Source: an uncultured delta proteobacterium
Lineage (GTDB): Bacteria; Myxococcota_A; Polyangia; Fen-1088
Reading direction: 5' to 3'
Assembly: GCA_963767925.1 (NCBI GenBank)
Contig: CAVYGB010000008.1
Span: 1,248,001 to 1,312,000 of the forward strand
DNA length: 64,000 nt
In this document: positions 31,232 through 43,290 of the stretch, one piece after another
Layout: each line of letters begins with the position of its first letter
How positions within the stretch are numbered: the first letter of the stretch is position 1
Program-made: the position numbers and the translations under genes
Notes under the pieces: generated by a model
Databases searched by the model: none
What the model was told of the DNA's origin: nothing
What the model saw: only the letters and a program-made list of their open reading frames with translations

Positions 31232-33063
31232 TTGCCCCTATTACCTCGCGAAAAAATTGACGAAATCCGTGAACGCAACAACATCGTGGAGATCGTCAAG
31301 CGGCACGTCGAGCTGAGGCGAGCCGGAGCGGAGGTGGATGGGTCTTTGTCCGTTCCACGCCGAGAAGACGCCGTCCTTTCACGTGCACGAGTCCCGGCAG
31401 TTCTTTCACTGTTTCGGCTGTGGGGAGAAAGGTGATGTGTTCGCGTTCCTGACCAAGATCGAGCAGCGCTCGTTCGCCGAGGTCATGCGAGATCTCGCGC
31501 GCGACGCGGGGGTCGATCTTCCGGAGAAGAAGCTCTCCGCCAGCGAGCGACAGGCCCAGGCCGAAGCCGAGTCCGAGCGCGAGCGGCTGTCTCCGGGCGG
31601 CGGAGGCCGCCACCGCCTTCTATCAGGAGCAGCTCCGGGCGCCCGCCGGGACCGCGGCCCGGGCCTACCTCGACAGCCGAGGCATCTCGGCCGCCATCGT
31701 CGAGCAGTTCCGGATCGGCTACGCCCCCGGAGGCGGTGAGCTCGGCCGTCACCTGGCCGCCCTGGGGATCGCGCCCGCGACCGCCGAGCGCCTCGGCCTG
31801 GTGGGCGTGAGCGAGCGCGGACGCTACGACTTCTTTCGCGAGCGGGTGATGCTCCCGGTGCTGGATCGGCAGAAGCGGCCGACCGGCTTCTCCTCGCGCC
31901 TGCTCGATCCCGAGGCCAAGGAGCGCAAGTACATCAACTCCTCCGACTCGCCCCTGTTTCACAAGAAGGACCTGCTCTACGGCCTGCACGCCGCGCTCGA
32001 CACCATCCGCCGGGGCGGCGTGGCCGTCGTCGTCGAGGGGAACTTCGACGTGCTGAGCCTGCACGAGGCCGACGTGCGCGAGGCGGTGGCGCCCATGGGC
32101 ACGGCGCTGTCGCCCGAGCACATCGCCCAGCTCGGTCGAATGGCCGATCGCGTCGTGGTGATCTTCGACGGCGACGAAGCCGGCCAGCGGGCGGCGCGCA
32201 AAGCGGTCCCCCTGTTCGTTGAAGCAAACGTGGATGGCCGCATCGCCCGCCTACCGGGAGGCGTCGATCCCGACGACTTCGTGCGTCGGGAAGGGACCGC
32301 CGCCTTCCGAAAACTCGTGGATGGCGCACGGCCCGTCGTCGAACAGCTCATCGATGACCTGGCCCGTGCCACGGAGGCCACTATTCCGGACCGAATGAAG
32401 GCGTTGGAAGAGGTCGCCCCCGTGGTGGCGCAGGTTCGGGACCAGACCGCGCGGGAACTTTACGTGGGTCGTCTCGCAAGCACGTTCGCCGTCAGCCCGC
32501 AGCAGGTGTGGCGCGTCGTTCGCGGCGCGGGATCCGCTGCCGACGGGCGGCGCACGACGGCTCGACCGGGCGACGCGGTTGCTCCAGAGGCGCCCCCTCC
32601 GACCCCCCGGCGGGATCTCCCCCGCGACGAGCTGGAGGCGCTGGTGCTGCTGGCCTCCAAGCCCGAGCTGGCGCGACTGCCGGCCGCGCGGCGGGTTGAA
32701 GAGCTCCTGATCGACCCCGGTCTGAAGCGGATGGCCCGGACTGCCCTCGAGCAAATGGCCGAGGGAGGGCGGCTCGAGATCGCCACCTGGCTCGACAGTG
32801 GTCCCGATGACGTGCGCGATGCCGTGTCCTCGGCCATGATGGATGGCCGCTTCGAAGGCCTCCGGGACGACGAACGGACTCTGCGCTCCCTGATTCTGCG
32901 CCTCGAGCGGGCTCGACTCGAAGCGGAGATAGCTGCCACGAAGACCGCCCTGGACAAGGCCCAGCAAAGTGGGGATGAGGCCGCGGTGCGGGCGATGTCG
33001 TTGAAAGAGATCGAGTTGATTCGAACCAAGCTGGGACTGTCCCAGGCGCTGGCGAGGCCGTAA
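31232..33063 (+). CDS. dnaG: DNA primase (frameshifts near 31330 and 31590)
   Basis: GLCPFHAEKTPSF...FHCFGCG, KYINS, VEGNFDV, FDGDEAG, DPDDF. Confidence 0.95.
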
Positions 33064-33067
33064 GACG

Positions 33068-34952
<1,885 letters not shown>

Positions 34953-35014
34953 AAGACAGGCGGCGGGCGGAGCGGGGCGGCCCGGGACAGCAGCAGCGAG
35001 AGCAACGACGGGCG

Positions 35015-35521
35015 ATGGCGCGTTATTCCGTCACCGTGGGGGGTGAGAAGCGGACCGTCGAGCTCGAAGAGCGCGACGGCCAGCTCACCGTCACAGTGGC
35101 GGGCGAGCGGAAGACCATCGAGGTCCGCTCGGCCGGCCCGGGGCGCTATGCCTGGATCGACGGGACCCGGGTGGTGAACAGCGAGGTGGAGAAGGCCGGC
35201 GACAAGCTGGCCGTCACCCTGCGCGGCGAGACGGTCACCGTCGAGGTAGCCGACGCCCGCGTTGAAACGCTGCCCCTGCTGGCCCCTGCCGTCGCCCGGA
35301 GCGCTGGCCCCACCACCCTGCGCGCGCCCATGGCGGGACGGGTGGTCAAGCTGCTGGCCCGACCCGGCGATCTGGTCCGCAGCGGCCAGGGCGTCGTCGT
35401 CATCGAGGCCATGAAGATGGAGAACGAGGTGCGGGCGCCCAGGGAGGGGAAGGTGCGCGAGCTCCGGGTGGCCGAGGGGGCCGCGGTCGACGGCGGCGAG
35501 GAGCTCGCCGTCATCGAGTGA
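35015..35521 (+). CDS. Biotin carboxyl carrier protein
   Basis: APMAGRV...IEAMKMENE biotinylation motif. Confidence 0.9.
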   Translation: MARYSVTVGGEKRTVELEERDGQLTVTVAGERKTIEVRSAGPGRYAWIDGTRVVNSEVEKAGDKLAVTLRGETVTVEVADARVETLPLLAPAVARSAGPTTLRAPMAGRVVKLLARPGDLVRSGQGVVVIEAMKMENEVRAPREGKVRELRVAEGAAVDGGEELAVIE

Positions 35522-36512
35522 CGGTCGGTCCCGCCGATGGCCCCAGGCCAGCGGCCAGGAGCTCGCCCAGCTCGAAGATCTCGGGGGGGCCGAGGTCGGT
35601 GGTCGGGAGGCGGGGCAGCTCGATGGTGGGCAGGCCAGGATCGGCCTGCAGCCGGGCCAGGACGGTCTCGGCGTCGAGGCGCCACTCCCGCAGCAGGCGG
35701 GCGCCGCTCAGCGTGCTGGCCAGGGGCCGGTCCGCGATGGTGGCCGAGGCGGGCAACGCGTCCAGCAAACCGGCCAGGGCCGGGTCCGCGAACAGGGGGG
35801 AGGGGACGGCGTTGATCACCAGCGGCCCGAGCGGCATGCCGAGCAGCTCGCGCACCTGCCGGGCCAGCACCGAGGTCTCGCGGGCGGGCAGGTCCTCGGC
35901 CAGCGTGACGATCAGGAAGGCCGCCCGGGCCGGATCGGTGAACATCGCCCGCATGGCCGCGGCGTCCCGGGCCAGCGGTCCCTTGGGCACGGCGTCCAGG
36001 ATGGCCTGGGGGATGCTGAGCATCCGCACGGCGTGGCCCGAGGCCGGCCCGTCGATGATCACCAGGTCGTAGCGGGCCTGGCTGGCCTCGGTGGTGTGCC
36101 ACCAGGCCTTGCCCAGCATGGCGTAGGCGTCCAGCCCGGGGATGGCGCCGAGGAATCCCCGCGTGGCCCGGTTCTCGAACAGCGCCCGGTACAGCGCCTC
36201 GTAGCGCAGCACCATGATCGCGTATTCGTGCAGGGCACTCTTGGGGGTCATGTTGACCGCGTCGAGCCCCTCTCCGACCGAGACGATGGCCGGGCCTACC
36301 GGCACCTTCGACCCCAGCATGCGGGTCAGCCGCTCGGGGGAGTCCATCTGGGCCAGCAGAACGCGCCGTCCCCGCCGGGTGGCCGCTCGCGCCAGGGCCG
36401 CCGAGACGGTGGTGCGGCCGACGCCACCTTTGCCTGCCACCACGATGAAGGAGCGATCGAGCAGGCTGGGCGCTCGGCTGTGGCCGTCGCCGGCCAGGTT
36501 GGGGTTTGACAC
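35511..36512 (-). CDS. ArsA/GET3-like ATPase
   Basis: AGKGGVGRTT, IPGL...MLGK.W, YDLVIIDGPASGH, VTLAEDLP..E; GTG 36512 chosen as start. Confidence 0.82.
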   Translation of the reverse strand: MSNPNLAGDGHSRAPSLLDRSFIVVAGKGGVGRTTVSAALARAATRRGRRVLLAQMDSPERLTRMLGSKVPVGPAIVSVGEGLDAVNMTPKSALHEYAIMVLRYEALYRALFENRATRGFLGAIPGLDAYAMLGKAWWHTTEASQARYDLVIIDGPASGHAVRMLSIPQAILDAVPKGPLARDAAAMRAMFTDPARAAFLIVTLAEDLPARETSVLARQVRELLGMPLGPLVINAVPSPLFADPALAGLLDALPASATIADRPLASTLSGARLLREWRLDAETVLARLQADPGLPTIELPRLPTTDLGPPEIFELGELLAAGLGPSAGPTVTR

Positions 36513-36593
36513 GTCTTCGTTCAGGAGGCGGGGGTGTTCGAGCCGAGCAACCCGTACGGCAGGCCGAGGACCATTGCCCCTATACTGCCTCGG

Positions 36594-37814
36594 ATGACTG
36601 CCAAGATCGACCCGCCGCCGCCGCCGGCCGCCGCCGGAGACAGCCGCGCGCAGGTGGTGCTGCGCCGCGGGCGAGCTCGCCCCCTCTGGTTCGGTCACCC
36701 CTGGGTGTACGGCAACGCCGTCGATCGGCTCGACGGCTCCGCCGAACCGGGGGACATCGTGGGCGTCACCGACCACGATCGCCGGTTCATCGGGCGTGGC
36801 ATCTGGAATCCACGGTCGCAGATCCCCGTCCGCTTGCTCACCAGGACCGACGAGCCCGTGGATCGCGCCTTCTTCCAGACCCGCTTCGAGCAGGCCCGCG
36901 CCCGGCGGACCCGGGTGGGTCTGCCCGCCGAGGCGACCACCGCCTACCGGCTGATCAACAGCGAAGGTGACGACCTGCCCGGGCTGGTCGTCGACGTGTT
37001 CGGCGAGACCGCCGTCGTGCAGGTGACCACCCTGGGCCTGGCGATGCGCCGCGAGCTCCTGTTCGAGGTGCTGGGGGAGGTCCTGGCCCCCGAGACAATC
37101 TTCGAGGTGGCGGCCGCCAGCTACGCGGAGGTGGAGGGCTTTCAGGCGCAGTCCCGGGTGGTCCGGGGTCGGGGAGCCAGCAACGTCCCCTGCCGCGAGG
37201 ACGGCCTGACCCTCGAGGCCGAGCCGCTCGTCGGACAGAAGACCGGTATGTTCCTCGACCAGCGTCCCAACCGCATCCGGGTGGGCCAGCTCGCCCGGGG
37301 GGCCCGGGTGCTGGACGCCTACTCCTACGCCGGTGGCTTCGCCCTGCAGGCCGCCCGGGGTGGCGCGGACGAGGTCATCGCCGTCGACAGCTCGGCCCGG
37401 GCGGTGGCTCGCATCGAGGCCCACGCTGCCGCCAACCGCCTGTCGGTGCGGGCGGTGGAGGCCGACGTGTTCCGCTTCCTCGAGACAGCCACCCCCCGCT
37501 CCTTCGACCTGGTGGTGCTCGATCCGCCCAAGTTCGCCCGCGCCCGCAAGGACCTCGACGCCGCCCGCAAGGGCTACGAACGCCTCAACGCCCTGGCCCT
37601 CAACGCCTGCGCGCCGGGGGCCGTCCTCGTAACCTGCTCTTGCTCGCAGAACGTGAGCGCCACCGACTTCGAGCGCATCGTGGCCGCCGGGGCCAAGCAG
37701 GCCGGGCGCGCCGTGCGCATCCTGGAGCGGGCCGGACCGGGCGCCGACCACCCCTTGCCCCCTGGCTTCGAGGAGGGGCAATACCTCAAGGTGCTCTTCA
37801 CCCACGTCGAGTGA
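36594..37814 (+). CDS. rlmI: RlmI-like class I SAM-dependent rRNA methyltransferase
   Basis: GHPWVY PUA domain, SEGDDLPGL.VD, GQKTG.FLDQR, FDLVVLDPP.F, TCSCS, DHP, YLK. Confidence 0.85.
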   Translation: MTAKIDPPPPPAAAGDSRAQVVLRRGRARPLWFGHPWVYGNAVDRLDGSAEPGDIVGVTDHDRRFIGRGIWNPRSQIPVRLLTRTDEPVDRAFFQTRFEQARARRTRVGLPAEATTAYRLINSEGDDLPGLVVDVFGETAVVQVTTLGLAMRRELLFEVLGEVLAPETIFEVAAASYAEVEGFQAQSRVVRGRGASNVPCREDGLTLEAEPLVGQKTGMFLDQRPNRIRVGQLARGARVLDAYSYAGGFALQAARGGADEVIAVDSSARAVARIEAHAAANRLSVRAVEADVFRFLETATPRSFDLVVLDPPKFARARKDLDAARKGYERLNALALNACAPGAVLVTCSCSQNVSATDFERIVAAGAKQAGRAVRILERAGPGADHPLPPGFEEGQYLKVLFTHVE

Positions 37815-37833
37815 GGGGGCGCTGGGCGGGCTA

Positions 37834-38205
37834 CTAGGGACCGGGCGTGACGTCGGTGGGGGCGGCGTGCTGGGTCACGACGTAATAGACGAGCATCGCC
37901 AGGATCATCAGCAGCGAGGCCCACTCGAAGGGCAGGCGCCCGAACAGCAGGCGCCGGCGGCCGAAGAAGCGTCCCCGCGAACGGTCGCGGATCTGCGCTT
38001 CGATCCCGGCCAGGAAGCGGTGGGGGGCCTTCTCCCGCAGGCCCCCGAGCCGGCCCAGGGTGCTGCGGAAGACGGCGAGCTGCTTCCGGCAGGGCCCGCA
38101 GGTGGCCAGGTGCTCCTCGAGCGTCCGCCGGACGGGCTCGGGCAGGTCTCCCTCGATGTAAGACGAGAACTGCTCCTCGAAGGCGGCGTGGCCGGGGGCG
38201 CTCAC
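37834..38205 (-). CDS. Zinc-finger anti-sigma factor
   Basis: HLATCGPC (HxxxCxxC) plus TM helix; GTGA-coupled to the ECF sigma. Confidence 0.85.
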   Translation of the reverse strand: MSAPGHAAFEEQFSSYIEGDLPEPVRRTLEEHLATCGPCRKQLAVFRSTLGRLGGLREKAPHRFLAGIEAQIRDRSRGRFFGRRRLLFGRLPFEWASLLMILAMLVYYVVTQHAAPTDVTPGP

Positions 38206-38780
38206 GGCTCGGCTCCCAGCCATTGCTTGAGCAGCAGGCGCGCCCGGTGCAACCGGGACTTCACCGTTCCTTCGGGCAGACCGGTCACCTCGCAGATCTC
38301 CTCGTACGACAGCTCCTCCACGTCGCGCAGGATGACGACCAGTCGCTGGTCCTCCTCCAGCGCGGCGATGGCCCGCTCGAGCGCGCTGCCGCGCTCGGCC
38401 GCCTCCAGGGCGGCGTCGGGGGTGCGCACATGTCCGTGGACCGAGTTCTTGCCGAGGTCGGCCATGGCCGCCTCGGGCGCCGCCTCCAGCCCGCCGCTGT
38501 CGCCGGCGCGGCGAGCCAGGTACTTGATCCGGTTCTTGGCATGGTTGGCGGCGATCCGGAGCAGCCAGGTGGACAGCTTGGCCTCCCCCCGGAAGGTCTC
38601 GATGCTCTTGAACACCGTGACGAACACCTCCTGGGCGATGTCCTCGGCTTCCGCACGATCGCCCACCAGGCGCAGGACCAGGCTGAACACCCGGTCGCCG
38701 AACTGGATGACCAGCTCCTCGAAGGCCCGCTCCTCGCGCGCGCGCAGGCGCGCCACGAAGAGCCGCTCGGCCAGGCTCAT
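38202..38780 (-). CDS. ECF sigma factor (RpoE-like)
   Basis: AEDIAQEVF, FRGEAKLSTWL.RIA.N, LSYEEI....GTVKSRLHRAR. Confidence 0.92.
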   Translation of the reverse strand: MSLAERLFVARLRAREERAFEELVIQFGDRVFSLVLRLVGDRAEAEDIAQEVFVTVFKSIETFRGEAKLSTWLLRIAANHAKNRIKYLARRAGDSGGLEAAPEAAMADLGKNSVHGHVRTPDAALEAAERGSALERAIAALEEDQRLVVILRDVEELSYEEICEVTGLPEGTVKSRLHRARLLLKQWLGAEP

Positions 38781-38902
38781 CGGGTCAACGACGCGGGCGC
38801 CCGGGGCGGCTCGAGCCAGGGCGTGGGCGCGGCGCGCGAGCGAGGCCAACACATCCGTTCAGACAACTTCGCGGGGCTGCAGGTTCCCGGGACCGTCCTG
38901 GC

Positions 38903-39802
38903 TCACGGCGACGGCACGAAGAGACGACCAGCCACCCCCACGATGACCTCCCGGCTCGGCCCCTGAAGGTCGCTGCGGGCGCCGATGTCCAGGGCCCCCA
39001 CCTCGGAGAGCGCCGAGATTCCGGCCGACAGGAAGGAGCGCTCGCGGACGCCTCCCCGGCCGCCACCCGCGCGCACGGCGAAGTTGGTCCCGATCGTGTA
39101 TTCCACGCCTCCGAACACGCTCAGGGTGCGGCCGCCGGCCGGCTCCGACGTGTGAAAATCGACGAGGCCGTCGACCGCCAGCACGAGCGCCTCGACCGGG
39201 GTGACGGCGATGCCCCCGCCCAGGGAACGGGGCGCCTGTCCGTCTTCGAGATCGCGAAGGCCGTAGCCGACGAGGCCGATGGTGACGGGCCGGGCTGGCC
39301 GTATGGTTATCCCGGCGTCGAAGGTGAACCCGTTGGTGCGGTCGGCGGGAAGGGGAGGGACGGCGCTGGCGTCCCGCCGGGCCCGCAGGTAGCGCACGGT
39401 TCCGCCCAGGCTGACCCGATCCCCGAAGGGGACGGAGAGGGCCACCCCGGCCTCGTGCCGGCCGCTGCCCGGGCCGGCCGCGGGCGAGGCGGTCGAATAG
39501 GTGTAGTAGAGACCTCCGCCGATGTTGAACCCCGAGGTGGAATCCACGATGGAGATGTGGCCGAGGTGGCCTTGCTCCCGGTCGAGGTACTGGTACGAGC
39601 TCTCCACCACGTAGCTGCGCGAGAGCGACATTCCCGAGGGGTTCAACATGATGGCGCCGCCGCCGGCCGCCGCTCCCCGCAGCGAGCCGCCCATGCCGAG
39701 TGAGCGGGGAGGCGTCACCTGCAGGTCGCCAGCCCGGGCCACCCCCGGCAGGATCACCCAGCAAACCGCGATCTGGAGGACGACTCGAGCACATCTGATC
39801 AT
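38903..39802 (-). CDS. Hypothetical outer-membrane beta-barrel protein
   Basis: Signal peptide; RSLGMGG...NPSGM (PorV/FadL-like N-terminus); alternating beta strands. Confidence 0.65.
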   Translation of the reverse strand: MIRCARVVLQIAVCWVILPGVARAGDLQVTPPRSLGMGGSLRGAAAGGGAIMLNPSGMSLSRSYVVESSYQYLDREQGHLGHISIVDSTSGFNIGGGLYYTYSTASPAAGPGSGRHEAGVALSVPFGDRVSLGGTVRYLRARRDASAVPPLPADRTNGFTFDAGITIRPARPVTIGLVGYGLRDLEDGQAPRSLGGGIAVTPVEALVLAVDGLVDFHTSEPAGGRTLSVFGGVEYTIGTNFAVRAGGGRGGVRERSFLSAGISALSEVGALDIGARSDLQGPSREVIVGVAGRLFVPSP

Positions 39803-39837
39803 GACCCAGCGAGTTTAGCGGCAGCTAGCCCGGGGCA

Positions 39838-40515
39838 CTACATCCAACCTCGTTCGGCGAGGCTGACGAATCCCTCGGCGGCGACCACGACGTGATCGAG
39901 GATGGCGATCCCGCAGAGCTCGCCGACCTCCTTGAGGCGGAGGGTGAGCTCGAGATCCTGCCGCGACGGCGAGGGGTCGCCCGAAGGGTGGTTGTGGCAC
40001 AGCAGCGCAGCGGCGGCGGCCGCGCGGATGAGCGGGCGGAACACCTCGCGCGGATGAACCTCGACCCCGGTGAGGGAGCCGCGGGCGATGCAGGCCTCGA
40101 ACAGCAGCCGGTGCCGCACGTCGAGCCCGATGACCCAGAACTCCTCGGAGGGGGCGTGGGCCAGACGGGCCTGGTAGTGGGCCCACACGTCGTGGGCGGT
40201 TCCTAGCCGCTGTCCACGTTCCGGACGGCTGCCGGCCGCCCGGCGGCCCAGCTCGATCGCGGCGCGGATCACCGAGGCCCGGGCCGTCCCGATGCCGGGC
40301 TGCCGCCGCAGCTCGGCCACCGAGGCCTGGGCGAGACCGGCCAGGCCACCGACGGTGGCGATGAGCGCTCCGGCCATGTCCACGGCGTTGAGGCCCGGTC
40401 GCCCGCTGCCGAGCAAGAGCCCAACCAGCTCGGCGTCGGAGAGGCTCTGCGGCCCCTGTGCGCTCAGCCGCTCACGCGGGCGGTCGTCCGGGATCCAGGA
40501 CAGAAGGACGCTCAT
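39838..40515 (-). CDS. radC: RadC/JAB-domain protein
   Basis: DRPRERL...LSDAEL, VHPREVF, HNHPSGDPSPS.QD, ILDHVV. Confidence 0.93.
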   Translation of the reverse strand: MSVLLSWIPDDRPRERLSAQGPQSLSDAELVGLLLGSGRPGLNAVDMAGALIATVGGLAGLAQASVAELRRQPGIGTARASVIRAAIELGRRAAGSRPERGQRLGTAHDVWAHYQARLAHAPSEEFWVIGLDVRHRLLFEACIARGSLTGVEVHPREVFRPLIRAAAAAALLCHNHPSGDPSPSRQDLELTLRLKEVGELCGIAILDHVVVAAEGFVSLAERGWM

Positions 40516-40998
40516 GCGCCTCACTCAGGCATGACGCGTGCCACGGCCAAGGGACAGACAAGGGCAAACGGCAAACGGCACGCCGAACGCCGCAAGCGAG
40601 TAGGGTGTATCGAGTGCAAGCGCACGTACTAGCCAGACGCGTCGGTTGTTTTCGCGCTGAATAGTCTTTGCACCGGCGAAGGTTGTGCTAACTTCGTGGG
40701 AAGCGCTCCCCTCTTTGCGGGTACCTGAATCCCTGCGGAGTGTTTCCTCGGTCGGAATGGTTCGCGACCGAGCCGGATTTCGAGGGTTGGACGGCGCCGC
40801 TAGAGCCGTCGTCTACCCCGACCACGCAAATTTTCCAGGAGTATTTTACTGAGTACCGACACACGCTGGAAAGCGGCGTCGGTCGCCCCTTCCCACGACT
40901 CCGAGCCTGAAGCTGCATCCGACGAGCCCACGCTCGTCATCCACAGGTCGGAGGACACGGAGGTCGCGTCGACGCCAGAGCCGCCCCGCAGGACGGGG

Positions 40999-43185
40999 AT
41001 GGTTGTGCCCGTGATCCGACCGACAGCCGTCGTCGAAGAAGAGGCGCCCCCGTCACCTGCTCTCGCGGCCGCGCTGGTGAAGCTGCGTGAGGTTTTTGGT
41101 TTCCGCCAGCTACGCCCCGGTCAAGCACCCATCATGGAGGCGGTGCTGGCGGGCCAGGACACGCTGGCGGTCCAGCCGACCGGCAGTGGTAAGTCCATGA
41201 CCTACCAGCTGCCGTCGATGGTGCTGCCAGGACCGACGCTGGTCGTCTCACCGCTGCTGGCCCTCATCGAGGACCAGGTCACCAAGCTGCAGAAGCTGGG
41301 TCTTCCCGTCGCACGCATCGACTCGACGCGCACCGCCAAGGAGCGGGCCGCCGATCTGGAAGACGTGCGTGCGGGCAAGATCCGCCTGGTGTTCATCACG
41401 CCGGAGTCGGTGTGCTCACCGACGGTGCAGGAGACCCTCGAGGGGGTGAAGTTCTCCCTCTTCGCGGTCGACGAAGCCCACTGCGTGTCGCAGTGGGGGC
41501 ACGACTTTCGCCCATCGTACCTCGGTCTGCGCCGCGCGGCCGAGGTGCTGGGACGCCCACCCATCCTGGCCCTGACCGCCACCGCCACGCCGGCCGTGGG
41601 CGACGACGTCGTCGCTCAGCTCGGCATGAAGAACCAGAAGGTGGTGCGGGTCTCGTTCCACCGGCAGAACCTCGCCTTCGACGTCCGCAAGGTGGCGGGC
41701 GAGGCGGACAAGCTGCGCGTCCTGGGCAAGCTGATCCAGCGCCTGCGCCGGCCCGGCATCGTCTACTGCGCCACCGTGCGCGCGGTCGACGACCTCTACG
41801 TGGCCCTCCGCCACGGCAAGATTCCGGTCGAGCGGTACAACGGCAAGATGACCACCGACGAGCGCGAGAAGGCCCAGGCGGCCTTCATGGCCTCCGGCCG
41901 CAAGGTGGTCATGATCGCCACCAACGCTTTCGGGCTGGGGATCGACAAGCCGGACATCCGCTACATCATCCACTACCAGATGCCGGGCTCCCCCGAGTCC
42001 TACGTGCAAGAGGCGGGACGGGCCGGGCGGGACGGCAAGCCGGCCCGCTGCGTGCTGCTGTTCCAGCCCGACGACATCGCCATCCAGGAGCACTTCCTCA
42101 AGGAAGCGCACCCCACCAAGACCCAGGCCCGGGCCGTCGCCGAGGGCCTCTATGCCTGGACCGACGAGGGCAAGGAGGTCTCGGTGCGAGACCTCGCGGT
42201 CTCGCTGGCCCTGCCGGAGCGGCGCGTGCGTGTCGTGCTCTCCGTGCTCGAAGGGATGGGCGTCGCCGAAGAGGTGCGGGCCGCGCGCTGGAAAGGCGTC
42301 GAGCCCCGGCCCACCCGAGAGCGGATCGACAAGGCGGCCCAGGTGTTCGAGGTCCGACGGATCACCGATCGGAGACGCCTCGCCGATCTGCTCAAGTACA
42401 TGAACACCCAGCGCTGCCGGGTGGAGATGCTGCGTGAGTATTTCGGCGAGCCCACCGGCGAGAGCTGCGGCCACTGTGACTCCTGTGCCGGCCTTGACAG
42501 CGAGCTGTTCGATCCGGGAGACGACGACCAACGTCACGACCTGCACGCCGCCACCGACTTTCACGCCCGCAAGCGGCGGCGCAAGCGGGGCGAGAAGGTC
42601 GCCATCGTCGACAAGCGGCCGGTCGCGCCGACCCCCGCCCGGCGGGTCCCCGTCCCGATCCCCACCACGCCCATTCCCGAGTTGCCGCCTCCCCTGGCGG
42701 CGATGGTGGTGCTCCCCCCGCCGGAGAGCGAAGCCACCTTCGATCCCCAGGTCTTCCTGGAGAGCCCGGATGCCGGGCAGCCCATGTCGGGGGAGGTCGT
42801 GCTCGACGCCGAGGAGGTCGCCGGTTGGCGGAATCTCCTCGAGCTGGAGCGGCCGCTGTCCGCCGAGGCCCTGACCACGGCGGACGAGGAGTTCCAGACG
42901 GCCTGGGCCGCGGTTCGCGACGCGAACATCCGACCGTACGCCGAGTGGCTGCCGACCAAGCCGGTGGCCTTGCCCGCGCTCGCCAGCCGGGCTCCGATCC
43001 CCAGCCGACCCCGGGGCGGCGGCGGGCCTCCCGCGCCCTCCCCCCCGAAGCGGCAGAACGGGGCCATCGATGCCGCGGATAGCCGGCGCAAGCGCCGGCG
43101 CCGGGGCCGGCGCCGACACGGCGAACCGAACAACGAGCCACGTGGTCCACGGCTGCCGGGCGTCTACAATCCCGGCGGCGACTAA
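40999..43185 (+). CDS. recQ: RecQ-family helicase with long low-complexity C-terminal tail
   Basis: PTGSGKS..YQLP, VDEAHCVSQWGHDFRP, ALTATA, QEAGRAGRDG, CR...YFGE...CGHCDSC. Confidence 0.88.
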   Translation: MVVPVIRPTAVVEEEAPPSPALAAALVKLREVFGFRQLRPGQAPIMEAVLAGQDTLAVQPTGSGKSMTYQLPSMVLPGPTLVVSPLLALIEDQVTKLQKLGLPVARIDSTRTAKERAADLEDVRAGKIRLVFITPESVCSPTVQETLEGVKFSLFAVDEAHCVSQWGHDFRPSYLGLRRAAEVLGRPPILALTATATPAVGDDVVAQLGMKNQKVVRVSFHRQNLAFDVRKVAGEADKLRVLGKLIQRLRRPGIVYCATVRAVDDLYVALRHGKIPVERYNGKMTTDEREKAQAAFMASGRKVVMIATNAFGLGIDKPDIRYIIHYQMPGSPESYVQEAGRAGRDGKPARCVLLFQPDDIAIQEHFLKEAHPTKTQARAVAEGLYAWTDEGKEVSVRDLAVSLALPERRVRVVLSVLEGMGVAEEVRAARWKGVEPRPTRERIDKAAQVFEVRRITDRRRLADLLKYMNTQRCRVEMLREYFGEPTGESCGHCDSCAGLDSELFDPGDDDQRHDLHAATDFHARKRRRKRGEKVAIVDKRPVAPTPARRVPVPIPTTPIPELPPPLAAMVVLPPPESEATFDPQVFLESPDAGQPMSGEVVLDAEEVAGWRNLLELERPLSAEALTTADEEFQTAWAAVRDANIRPYAEWLPTKPVALPALASRAPIPSRPRGGGGPPAPSPPKRQNGAIDAADSRRKRRRRGRRRHGEPNNEPRGPRLPGVYNPGGD

Positions 43186-43191
43186 CCTCGG

Positions 43192-43252
43192 GATTGGCCG
43201 CAAGACTGGCAGCAAGACTGGCCGCAAGACTGGCAGCAAAGACGGGCAACGA
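43192..43252. repeat. Intergenic 12-bp tandem repeat
   Basis: GATTGGCCGCAA GACTGGCAGCAA GACTGGCCGCAA GACTGGCAGCAA plus one degenerate copy. Confidence 0.85.
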
Positions 43253-43290
43253 GACAGGCCCGTCCTGCCAGGGGTAGATTCGCTCCGACC

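Noticed and set aside
40694..40898. Retron msr-msd interpretation of the IR-closed RNA
   Set aside because: No reverse transcriptase in the window and no long msd hairpin
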